This document shows positions 52,322 through 61,287 of a stretch of 64,000 bases of DNA, one piece after another. Within the stretch, counting starts at the first letter, position 1. Each line of letters starts with the position of its first letter. Under the pieces are notes generated by a model. That model ran no database searches and was not told the DNA's origin. It was given only the letters and a program-made list of their open reading frames with translations. Position numbers and translations under genes: made by a program. Where the stretch lies: NCBI GenBank assembly GCA_937951135.1, contig CALFCI010000017.1, positions 7,378-71,377 of the forward strand, read 5' to 3'. Source of the stretch: an uncultured Aquimarina sp. Lineage in GTDB: Bacteria; Bacteroidota; Bacteroidia; Flavobacteriales; Flavobacteriaceae.

Positions 52322-53482
52322 ATGACACATTATTTTTCATCCAATTTTACACTAGGCATCTTAGGTGGTGGGCAATTAGGTAAAATGCTATTGTATGAAA
52401 CTCGAAAATACGATATCAAAACACACGTATTAGATCCTAGCAAAGAAGCACCCTGTGCTATAGGATGTAATCATTTTGAACAAGGAGACTTAAATGATTA
52501 CGATACGGTATATGCATTTGGTAAAAAAGTAGATGTATTAACCGTCGAAATCGAAACTGTAAATCTGCCTGCATTGCGGCAACTTCAAAAGGAGGGTGTA
52601 AAAGTCTATCCTAGTCCGGAAACGCTAGAAAACATACAAAACAAAGGAGTTCAAAAGCTTTTTTACCAAAAACACAACATCCCGACAGCATCTTTTCAAA
52701 GATTTGCAAACAAAGCAAGCCTTACAGAAGGCATTGCTACAGATGCTATCAAACTACCTTTTGTTTGGAAAAGCACACAAGGTGGGTATGATGGAAATGG
52801 CGTTGCCATCATCAAAAAAGGCGCTGACCTTGCTAAACTTCCAGATACGGAATGTATTGCTGAGGAAATGGTAGATTTCAAAAATGAATTAGCTGTTATT
52901 GTTGCCCGCAACCCTAATGGAGAGATCACTACTTATCCTGTCGTCGAAATGGAGTTTCATCCGATCGCAAATCAAGTAGAATATGTACTTTGCCCAGCAA
53001 GAATTAGTGATGCCGTAGCTCAAAAAGCAAGAGCTATTGCAGAAAAAGTCTCACATACATTTGAACACGTTGGCTTACTGGCTGTAGAATTATTTCAAAC
53101 ACAAGACGATGAAATTCTTGTAAACGAAGTAGCCCCAAGACCACATAATAGCGGTCATTATAGTATTGAAGCGAGCTACACCAATCAATTTGAACAACAC
53201 ATTAGAGCAATTCTTGACCTTCCGCTAGGAAGCACTGCCAGCAAGGCTGCTGGGATTATGGTAAACCTATCTGGAGCTGAAGGATTTGAAGGCAAAGTTG
53301 TGTATAAAAACATTGAAGCCATTATGAAAATGGAAGGAGTAACTCCGCATATCTATGGCAAAAAAGAAACCCGCCCTTTTCGAAAAATGGGACATGTGAC
53401 CATCATTCATGATGATATTAATGAAGCTCGAAAAATAGCTGAAAAAGTAAAAAACACAATTCTAGTGTGTAGTCAATCATAA
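52322..53482 (+). CDS. purK: N5-CAIR synthetase
   Basis: GILGGGQLG, GGYDGNG, NEVAPRPHNSGH, RKMGH. Confidence 0.95.
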   Translation: MTHYFSSNFTLGILGGGQLGKMLLYETRKYDIKTHVLDPSKEAPCAIGCNHFEQGDLNDYDTVYAFGKKVDVLTVEIETVNLPALRQLQKEGVKVYPSPETLENIQNKGVQKLFYQKHNIPTASFQRFANKASLTEGIATDAIKLPFVWKSTQGGYDGNGVAIIKKGADLAKLPDTECIAEEMVDFKNELAVIVARNPNGEITTYPVVEMEFHPIANQVEYVLCPARISDAVAQKARAIAEKVSHTFEHVGLLAVELFQTQDDEILVNEVAPRPHNSGHYSIEASYTNQFEQHIRAILDLPLGSTASKAAGIMVNLSGAEGFEGKVVYKNIEAIMKMEGVTPHIYGKKETRPFRKMGHVTIIHDDINEARKIAEKVKNTILVCSQS

Positions 53483-53484
53483 AA

Positions 53485-53539
53485 AGTCAACTCCCTCGAA
53501 GCAAGCCGAGAAGAATTAAACTCCACAATGTGGACTAAA
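53485..53539 (+). repeat. Internally deleted copy 7 of the ~100-bp element
   Basis: AGTCAACTCCCTCGAAGCAAGCCG..GAATTAAACTCCACAATGTGGA. Confidence 0.8.
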
Positions 53540-53594
53540 AGAACATCAACAGGTATTTGATTACTATTTTCAAAACCGAAACACCAACACAATT

Positions 53595-54086
53595 ATGAGT
53601 ACAGTAGGAATAATAATGGGAAGCACTAGTGACATGCCTATCATGGAACAGGCAATTACACTGTTAAAAAGTTTTGATATTAACGTTGAAGTTGATATTG
53701 TATCTGCACATCGCACTCCAGAAAAACTATTTGACTACAGCAAAAATGCACATACTAGAGGGTTTAAAGTGATCATAGCTGGTGCAGGTGGCGCAGCACA
53801 TTTACCTGGAATGGTAGCTTCTTTATCGCCATTACCGGTAATAGGTGTTCCCGTAAAGTCCCGCAACTCTATAGACGGCTGGGACTCTATACTTTCCATC
53901 TTACAAATGCCCGGAGGTGTTCCTGTAGCTACCGTAGCATTAGACGGAGCATTGAATGCGGGGATTTTAGCCGCTCAAATCATCGGATCATCGGATCCTG
54001 TAATATTAAACAAAATTATCGCTTATAAAGAAAGGTTGAAATCCAAAGTAATTGAAGGTGCGAAAAAAGTACAGTCCCAGTTTTAG
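53595..54086 (+). CDS. purE: N5-CAIR mutase
   Basis: IIMGSTSD, SAHRTP, AGAGGAAHLPG, QMPGGVPVATV. Confidence 0.97.
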   Translation: MSTVGIIMGSTSDMPIMEQAITLLKSFDINVEVDIVSAHRTPEKLFDYSKNAHTRGFKVIIAGAGGAAHLPGMVASLSPLPVIGVPVKSRNSIDGWDSILSILQMPGGVPVATVALDGALNAGILAAQIIGSSDPVILNKIIAYKERLKSKVIEGAKKVQSQF

Positions 54087-54323
54087 ATTTTAGCGAGCAC
54101 TGTTTTTTGAACAGCTTTAGTATACGCTATGTGAAAAATGTGTGTTGCTGGCTAATCATAATAAAAGTGAGCAGCTCTTAACTCTTTTTCATGCCTGATT
54201 ACACCTACATAGTCAACACCATTCAATCCTTCTCAAAAATAATTGACTGAAGTAAACACACTTAGTCGAACTGCTACGTGCCATTTGTAAAGATAAAGGC
54301 TGGATCATTTTTAAATAGCATTA

Positions 54324-54455
54324 AAAACAAAAAGCGCCCTTCAATGAAGGACGCTTTTCTGTAATTTGGTCTTACAGTAGAAAATAACAATATTTATTAA
54401 CCAACTTAAATATATTACACAAAAATTCAATGTAAGACCAGTACTCTTAAAACCT
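54324..54455 (-). ncRNA. Candidate sRNA (unit 0) with UUGGUUA loop
   Basis: -7 element TACCTTTG (54460-54467); perfect stem TGGTCTTACA/TGTAAGACCA; terminator AAAAGCGTCCTTCA-T-TGAAGGGCGCTTTTT. Confidence 0.6.
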
Positions 54456-54631
54456 GAAACAAAGGTAAAACCTTACTTTGATTACGCAATACATATACCC
54501 GTAAAATATTTCACTTTTCGACAAAATACATAAAACAAGGTCAAAATACACAATTTTATCATTTTTTTAGATTTATTTCAAGATCGCTCTTCCTATTTTT
54601 TTTCACTTACAGCAGAAGAACGCTGTAAAAA

Positions 54632-54748
54632 CAAAAAAAGCGCTACAAAAAATGTAGCGCTTTTGATATGTTTGATCTTTACAAAGAAAAAGAAATTGAC
54701 ATTCATACCCCTAAGATGACAACTCTATGTTTAGATTTCTTTGGCCAG
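54632..54748 (-). ncRNA. Candidate sRNA, triplicated copy 1
   Basis: TAGTATTG -7-like box at 54751-54758, ~115-nt conserved body, terminator with long U-tail. Confidence 0.6.
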
Positions 54749-55002
54749 ACCAATACTAATAAACCTATAGTAAATTTATATAGTATGTGGCTAAAACACA
54801 TCAAACGAATTGGCAATAAATTAACATTATCGGCAAAAAACACAGTATTTCGACAAAAAACACAGTACCCCTATAGTACCACCCCCTTAAAGAACAAATT
54901 ACATCTCCATGAATACTTCATTAGTGCAAAATCTAATTTTTAAATATATTCCAGTAGTACTCTTCCTCTTTTTCTCATTTACAGCAAAGAACACTGTAAA
55001 AA

Positions 55003-55118
55003 CAAAAAAAGCGCTACAACAAGTGTAACGCTTTTGAGATGTTTGATCTTTACAAAGAAAAGAAATTGACATTCATACCCCTAAGATGACAACTCTGTGT
55101 TTAGATTTCTTTGGCCAG
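55003..55118 (-). ncRNA. Candidate sRNA, triplicated copy 2
   Basis: As copy 1; -7-like box at 55121-55128. Confidence 0.6.
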
Positions 55119-55369
55119 ACCAATACTAATAAACCTATAGTAAATTTATGTAGTATGTGACTAAAACACATCAAACGAATTCGTAATAAACTAACATTAT
55201 CGACAAAAAACACAGTATTTCGATAAAAAACACAGTATCGCTATAGCTCCCCTTAAAAAACAAATTACATTTCCAGAAACACTTCATTAGTGCAAAATCT
55301 AATTTTTAAAATGTATTCCAGTAGTACTCTTCCCCTTTTTTCATTTACAGCAAAAGAACACTATAAAAA

Positions 55370-55485
55370 CAAAAAAAGCGCTACAATAAGTGTAGCGCTT
55401 TTGATATATTTGATCTTTACAAAGAAAAGAAATTGACATTCATACCCCTAAGATGACAACTCTGTGTTTAGATTTCTTTGACCAG
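55370..55485 (-). ncRNA. Candidate sRNA, triplicated copy 3
   Basis: As copy 1; -7-like box at 55488-55495. Confidence 0.6.
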
Positions 55486-55644
55486 ACCAATACTAATAAA
55501 CCTATAGTAAAACTATGTATTATGTGACTAAAACACATAAAACGAATTGGTGATAAAACTAGTATTATCGATAAAAAACACAATATTTCGATAAAAAACA
55601 CAGCATAGCTATAGTAACAACATTAAGAAACAAATTACATCTCC

Positions 55645-57663
55645 ATGAACAACCCATTAGTACAAAAATTTGACAGTGCCCCCTTTTCTAAAATAACAAC
55701 TGCCCATTTCTTGCCCGCAATACAACATGCAATTACTCTGGCTAAAGAAGAAGTTGCAGCTATCGTTTCAAACACAACAGCCCCTTCTTTTGAAAACACC
55801 ATTGAAGCATTGGATTATAGTGGTGAATTATTGGACAGAGTAACCAGTATCTTTTTTAATCTAAATAGTGCAGAAACCAATGAAGAGATTCAAAAAATAG
55901 CACAAGAGGCTTCTCCGATACTTTCAGAGTTTTCTAATGATATAGTACTAAACCCTGAACTTTTTAAAAGAGTTAAACAAGTATATGAACAAAAACAAGA
56001 GCTTGACCTCTCTATAGAGCAACATACCTTACTTGACAAACGCTATAAATCCTTTTCTCGAAATGGAGCTAACCTTTCTGACACCGATAAAGGGACACTG
56101 CGAAAAATAGATAAAGAATTATCACAACTAGGATTACAGTTTGGAGAAAACATACTAGCCGAAACCAATGCTTTTGAACTTTTGCTTACTGATCCTGCAG
56201 ATCTGGCTGGACTTCCTGAAGGCGCAAAAGAAGCCGCAAAAGCATTAGCACAATCCAAAGACAAAAAGGGCTGGTTGATCACCTTAGATTATCCTAGCTA
56301 TATCCCATTTATGACGTATGCAGATAATAGATCCCTGAGAAAGCAGCTTGCTATAGCTTTTGGCGCCAAGGGATTTCAAAATAATGCTTTGGACAATCAA
56401 AAAATTGTCATAAAAATCACCACACTACGGTATCAAAGATCGAAATTGCTAGGCTATGCTTCTCATGCAGATTATGTATTAGAAGAACGCATGGCAGGTA
56501 CTCCACAACAAGTGTTTTCTTTTTTAAATGAAATCTTAGAAAAGGCTAAGCCAGCAGCCACGGAAGAGTTTAAGCGCTTGAGTGCTTTTGCTAAAGAACT
56601 GGATGGCATTGACCAATTACAAAAATGGGATGGCACCTATTATTCTGAAAAATTAAAACAAAAACTTTTCCAACTAGATGACGAACAATTGAAACCCTAT
56701 TTTCAATTAGAGAATGTTATCGATGGAGTATTTACCATTGCAACAAAATTATACGGCTTACACTTTACAGCAACGGACAAAGTAGACACTTATAATGAAG
56801 AAGTTAAAACCTACAATGTAACCGACAAAGACGGTAATTTTATTGCCTTATTTTATGCTGATTTTCATCCAAGACCCGGTAAACGAAATGGCGCATGGAT
56901 GACCTCTTATAAATCTCAAATGATTAAGAATGGTAAAAACATAAGACCACATGTATCTATCGTTTGCAATTTCACCAAACCAACACCTAGCAAACCTTCG
57001 TTACTTACGTTTAATGAAGTCACTACGCTATTTCACGAATTTGGACATGCACTACACGGCATGCTAGCCAACACCACCTATTCTGGTTTATCCGGCACTA
57101 GTGTATATTGGGATTTTGTAGAACTTCCAAGTCAAATTCTAGAAAACTGGTGTTATGAAGAAGAAGCATTGCAACTGTTCGCAAAACATTATGAAACTGG
57201 TGCTACACTACCTATGGAGCTCATTCAAAAAATAAAAGACTCCGCTACATTTCAACAAGGTATGGCTACATTACGCCAATTAAGCTTTGGATTATTAGAC
57301 ATGTCTTGGCATGCCTCAGATCCTTCAAAAACTACAGATGTTAAAACTCATGAAAAAAATGCTTTTTCTGGAACTTCATTATATCCAGATGTAGCCGAAA
57401 ATTGTATGAGCACTTCGTTCTCCCATATTTTCCAGGGCGGGTACTCTTCTGGATATTACTCTTATAAATGGGCAGAAGTATTGGATGCCGATGCTTTTGC
57501 ATATTTTAAAGCACAAGGTATTTTTAATACCGAAGTTGCCACAAAGTTCAAGAAACATGTATTATCAAAAGGAGGCACAGAACACCCAATGGTACTCTAC
57601 AAACGTTTTAGAGGTCAAGAGCCTAAACCAGACGCTTTATTAAAGAGAGCTGGACTGATTTAG
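55645..57663 (+). CDS. M3 metallopeptidase (peptidyl-dipeptidase Dcp-like)
   Basis: TLFHEFGHALH, DFVELPSQ, KRNGAWM, YYSYKWAE. Confidence 0.95.
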   Translation: MNNPLVQKFDSAPFSKITTAHFLPAIQHAITLAKEEVAAIVSNTTAPSFENTIEALDYSGELLDRVTSIFFNLNSAETNEEIQKIAQEASPILSEFSNDIVLNPELFKRVKQVYEQKQELDLSIEQHTLLDKRYKSFSRNGANLSDTDKGTLRKIDKELSQLGLQFGENILAETNAFELLLTDPADLAGLPEGAKEAAKALAQSKDKKGWLITLDYPSYIPFMTYADNRSLRKQLAIAFGAKGFQNNALDNQKIVIKITTLRYQRSKLLGYASHADYVLEERMAGTPQQVFSFLNEILEKAKPAATEEFKRLSAFAKELDGIDQLQKWDGTYYSEKLKQKLFQLDDEQLKPYFQLENVIDGVFTIATKLYGLHFTATDKVDTYNEEVKTYNVTDKDGNFIALFYADFHPRPGKRNGAWMTSYKSQMIKNGKNIRPHVSIVCNFTKPTPSKPSLLTFNEVTTLFHEFGHALHGMLANTTYSGLSGTSVYWDFVELPSQILENWCYEEEALQLFAKHYETGATLPMELIQKIKDSATFQQGMATLRQLSFGLLDMSWHASDPSKTTDVKTHEKNAFSGTSLYPDVAENCMSTSFSHIFQGGYSSGYYSYKWAEVLDADAFAYFKAQGIFNTEVATKFKKHVLSKGGTEHPMVLYKRFRGQEPKPDALLKRAGLI

Positions 57664-57805
57664 TTGATGGTTGATGGTTGATGGTTGATAGAAATCAAAA
57701 AATATAAATTTATTTTCTATTTAAAAATTCTTAATTATATCATTAATTAGACTGATCTATTCTCTATACCCATAATAAAACACGAACTTAAATTGGTCGT
57801 ATTCA

Positions 57806-57847
57806 AAACAAACCTCGTAAGCTTTAAAGCTTACGAGGTTTGTTTTT
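57806..57847. terminator. Bidirectional terminator hairpin
   Basis: AAACAAACCTCGTAAGCTTT/AAAGCTTACGAGGTTTGTTT between convergent genes. Confidence 0.8.
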
Positions 57848-57902
57848 ATTCTTATCTTTAAAAAAGAAATCCGCCACCTATTTAAGGATATACTATCAAA
57901 AA

Positions 57903-58289
57903 CTATTTTATTCTTTTTGATTGTGCATATCGAATTGCTTCTTTCTTTACCGTATCCATCAATTTATCTTTAACCTGTGGATCATCTAAATAATTCAGTA
58001 ATGCTTCTTTAAAAAAATCCGGCTTCCCATAATGTGCTCCTTCATCATTTACATAATCAACTATTTTTAGCATTTCTCCCCTACCAGAAACCAACCAAGC
58101 AGGATTTAATTGTGGGTATAATTCTATTATTTTTTCTATAAAATCTCCTCCTATATTGCTATTTTCTTTTTGTAATCGGCTTAAATACCCTTGACTTGCT
58201 CCTATGGACAAACTAAAACTCCTAGAACTCATTTTCAAATATTTTGCAAAAATCACTACTCTATCCAAAATTTTATCTACCCTGACCAA
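57903..58289 (-). CDS. Phage-repressor-like HTH protein
   Basis: FSLSIGASQGYLS HTH, YPQLNPAWLVSGRGEM signature; no peptidase domain. Confidence 0.75.
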   Translation of the reverse strand: MVRVDKILDRVVIFAKYLKMSSRSFSLSIGASQGYLSRLQKENSNIGGDFIEKIIELYPQLNPAWLVSGRGEMLKIVDYVNDEGAHYGKPDFFKEALLNYLDDPQVKDKLMDTVKKEAIRYAQSKRIK

Positions 58290-58402
58290 AATATTGTTTT
58301 TTTAATTGTTTTTAACTTCGTACCCATATAATATTGTATCATTATACTACATTTGCACTATACACAAATATAATTATACGCACTGCATTAGCCAACTATA
58401 CT

Positions 58403-58678
58403 ATGATCAATCCTGAAGAACACACCGCCATTTTAAAAAGCTTAGGCATAAAACCAATTCAAAAAATACAGAAATATCTAGTATTACATAATATAACATT
58501 TAAAAAAAAAGAACTCTATTCTGACGATATGATTACTGAAATTCTATCTGGAAAAACTGAAAATATCACTATTGAAAATGCCATTTTTACGGTATCATAC
58601 CAACACTTAATGAAAAATGAAAAAAAACAAGGAGCACTAGGTATACTCGTTGATAATCAAAAAGAAGAATTTGAATAA
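58403..58678 (+). CDS. Small hypothetical protein, possibly Cro-like DNA-binding
   Basis: Divergent from the repressor-like gene; YSDDMITEILSGK segment; -7 element TACATTTG at 58348. Confidence 0.55.
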   Translation: MINPEEHTAILKSLGIKPIQKIQKYLVLHNITFKKKELYSDDMITEILSGKTENITIENAIFTVSYQHLMKNEKKQGALGILVDNQKEEFE

Positions 58679-58731
58679 GCAATTGCACCAAACAATACTG
58701 CTATACTAAAAACCAGTATTCCTCCTTAAGA

Positions 58732-58832
58732 AGTAAACTCCATCGGAGCAAACTCACGAGGCACCCAGCGGAAAAACAGTTTTCAGATGCGAGGCAAGCC
58801 GAAGAGAATTAAACTCCATAATGTGGATTAAA
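58732..58832 (+). repeat. ~100-bp three-hairpin element, copy 8
   Basis: Matches consensus. Confidence 0.85.
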
Positions 58833-58848
58833 ACATGCTATATCTATT

Positions 58849-59241
58849 ATGAATGTAATGCAAACAAAATTACTACCAGACCTCACTACAACAGCGGATA
58901 TTGAATTCTTAATGAAAGCATTTTACACAAAAGCACTAGTAGACCCTAATATTGGAGCGTTTTTTACTACTATTGCAAATATCGATCTAGAAACACATTT
59001 ACCGCATATCGTTAGCTTTTGGGAACAGCAATTGTTTCGAACTGGAGGATATCAAAAAAACGTGTTGCAAATTCATCAAAACCTCCATTTACAAAAACAG
59101 CTAGAAAACATTCACTTTGATACTTGGCTGGCGTTATTTAGCACTACAGTAGACACTCATTTTGAAGGCATCAATGCTAATTTAATCAAAACACGAGCCC
59201 TATCCATTGCTACAGTCATGCAATTGAAAATGGAAAATTAA
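58849..59241 (+). CDS. Group III truncated hemoglobin
   Basis: FY..A..D..IG.FF, HLPHIVSFW, H, HFDTWLALF. Confidence 0.88.
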   Translation: MNVMQTKLLPDLTTTADIEFLMKAFYTKALVDPNIGAFFTTIANIDLETHLPHIVSFWEQQLFRTGGYQKNVLQIHQNLHLQKQLENIHFDTWLALFSTTVDTHFEGINANLIKTRALSIATVMQLKMEN

Positions 59242-59269
59242 TCTTATTAATATAGGTGTCAGGTTTCGG

Positions 59270-59516
59270 GTATTAGGTATCGGCTCTTTTTGTAATTGTA
59301 ATATAACTTCTAATATTTCGGAATAGCGCTTAACTCCTGACTCCTAAAATCATACTTCGAATTTAAGCATCCACTTTTTTAAGCCATAATTTAAGATAAC
59401 ATCTAATACCATTTACACATAATTTTTTCGCATATCGAATAGGGCACGATTAAGATTTCAGATTTCAAAATACAAAATCGTAAATCGTAAATCGTAAATC
59501 GTAAATTGTAAATTGT
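59270..59516. repeat. Composite heptamer cassettes including (AAATCGT)x4
   Basis: Perfect repeats at 59475-59502; 59416-59480 resembles 28428-28510. Confidence 0.8.
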
Positions 59517-59652
59517 ATAATAGCACAAACGGTCTAGTATCTATTCTCCACAATTCGTACTACTATTCCAAAAACCTTAGACAATCCTTTAGTATAGACA
59601 GAAAAGTTACATCTTTTTACCTATTTTTGACTTTAATACCTAACACCCTATC

Positions 59653-60180
59653 ATGTACGAAGGCACTTTTCCGCATAAGCGATATGAACACACATTAACA
59701 TTCTTGAGACAGCATGTTTCAAATTCCGAATCTATTTTGGATTTAGGGGTTCGTAATCCATTTACAGAAATCATGGAAAAAGATGGGTATCAGGTCACCA
59801 ATACTACTGGTGAAGATCTTGATCTTCATACTGAAGCTGTAAAAAGCACCAATGCCGAAGTACTCACAGCATTTGAGATTTTTGAACATCTTCTTGCGCC
59901 ATTTAACGTATTACGAGAATGCAAAGCCAAAAAACTAGTAGCTTCTGTTCCTTTAAAACTATGGTTTGCACCTGCTTATCAAAGTAAAACTGACCCTTGG
60001 GATCGTCATTATCACGAGTTTGAAGATTGGCAGTTTGATTGGTTATTAGAAAAAGCAGGATGGAAAATAATGGCACGTAAACAATGGACGCACCCTGTAA
60101 ACAAAATTGGGGTTCGCCCCTTATTAAGACGATTTACACCTAGATATTATATGGTGTATGCTGAACGAATTGTTGGCTAG
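59653..60180 (+). CDS. Class I SAM-methyltransferase-like protein
   Basis: ILDLG, AFEIFEHL, HYHEF. Confidence 0.7.
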   Translation: MYEGTFPHKRYEHTLTFLRQHVSNSESILDLGVRNPFTEIMEKDGYQVTNTTGEDLDLHTEAVKSTNAEVLTAFEIFEHLLAPFNVLRECKAKKLVASVPLKLWFAPAYQSKTDPWDRHYHEFEDWQFDWLLEKAGWKIMARKQWTHPVNKIGVRPLLRRFTPRYYMVYAERIVG

Positions 60181-60209
60181 TTGGTTGTTTTCACCTTCAG
60201 TCTAAAAAT

Positions 60210-60266
60210 ATAAAAACGCAACATATTGCGTCCAAAATGTAAAGACGCAACATATTGCGCCTCTAA
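60210..60266. repeat. Two tandem REP-like palindromes
   Basis: ACGCAACATATTGCG twice; the second reads GTAAAGACGCAA-CATA-TTGCGCCTCTA. Confidence 0.65.
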
Positions 60267-60269
60267 ATA

Positions 60270-61121
60270 ATGAACATCTACATCGTCATACCAGCACATA
60301 ATGAAGCCGCATTTATTGGCAAGACACTCGATTCTTTAGTGGCGCAAACGGTATTACCTACACGGCTAGTTGTGGTTAATGATCATTCTACAGATGATAC
60401 TCCTCTAATTGTACAACAATATGCAGCAAAACATTCTTTTATTACATTGGTCAACACTAACTCTTCAGAAGATCATCTGCCGGGTAGTAAAGTAATTAAT
60501 GCATTTCATCAAGGACTGGATAGCCTAGATGATGACTATGATATTATATGTAAATTTGATGCTGATTTAATTTTTCCGAATACGTATCTCGCCCAAATGA
60601 TTGCTTATTTTAACACTGATCCCAAAATAGGCATGGTGGGTGGTGGTTGTGAAATCGAAAAAAATGGTCAATGGACCCTAGAAAACCTAACGAATAAAGA
60701 TCATCTCCGAGGGGCACTAAAAGCATATCGAAAAAATTGTTTTAAAGCCATTGGAGGTCTAAAACCTGCTATGGGATGGGATACCATCGATGAACTCTTA
60801 GCACAATACCATCAATGGCAAATCAAAGTAGACACTTCACTTCGAGTACAACATTTAAAACCTACCGGAAATACCTACGCCAAAAAAGCAAAATACAAAC
60901 AAGGAGAAGCGTTTTATCGCATGCGATATGGCAGCGTTATCACAACAATTGCTGCTATAAAACTGGCACTTTTAAAACGCAAACCTTTGTTTATTATCGA
61001 TTATCTTGTAGGATTCTTTAAGGCTAAAAAAGCAAAGCTTCCATACCTAGTCACCAAAGATGAAGGTGTTTTTATTAGAGCATTGAGATGGCGAAAGATG
61101 AGAGAGAAGATTAAGTGGTAA
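60270..61121 (+). CDS. Glycosyltransferase family 2
   Basis: IPAHNE, VNDHSTD, DAD, GWDTID. Confidence 0.92.
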   Translation: MNIYIVIPAHNEAAFIGKTLDSLVAQTVLPTRLVVVNDHSTDDTPLIVQQYAAKHSFITLVNTNSSEDHLPGSKVINAFHQGLDSLDDDYDIICKFDADLIFPNTYLAQMIAYFNTDPKIGMVGGGCEIEKNGQWTLENLTNKDHLRGALKAYRKNCFKAIGGLKPAMGWDTIDELLAQYHQWQIKVDTSLRVQHLKPTGNTYAKKAKYKQGEAFYRMRYGSVITTIAAIKLALLKRKPLFIIDYLVGFFKAKKAKLPYLVTKDEGVFIRALRWRKMREKIKW

Positions 61122-61160
61122 CTAAAATGATATGTTTATATTTAACATTGATGATTCCCT

Positions 61161-61262
61161 AGTCAACGAACTCGGAGCAAGTTCACGAAGCATCCAGCGG
61201 ATAACTATTTTTAACATTTTGAGGCAAGCCTCGGAGAAGTAAATTCCACAATATGGATTAAA
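61161..61262 (+). repeat. ~100-bp three-hairpin element, copy 9
   Basis: Matches consensus. Confidence 0.88.
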
Positions 61263-61287
61263 AACGATTACATAAACGCTTAGACTA

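Larger units (their letters stand above)
54586..55667. repeat. Tandem triplication, period about 371 and 367 bp
   Basis: GCGCTAC anchors at 54640, 55011 and 55378; each unit ends with a copy of the peptidase start region. Confidence 0.97.

Noticed and set aside
54668-54943. 91-aa plus-strand ORF
   Set aside because: Frame is broken in the other two copies and it is antisense to the promoter-terminator unit
54586-55667. CRISPR array
   Set aside because: Units are ~370 bp and similar along their whole length, with no unique spacers and no cas genes
57903-58678. Prophage
   Set aside because: No integrase, replication, packaging or structural genes nearby
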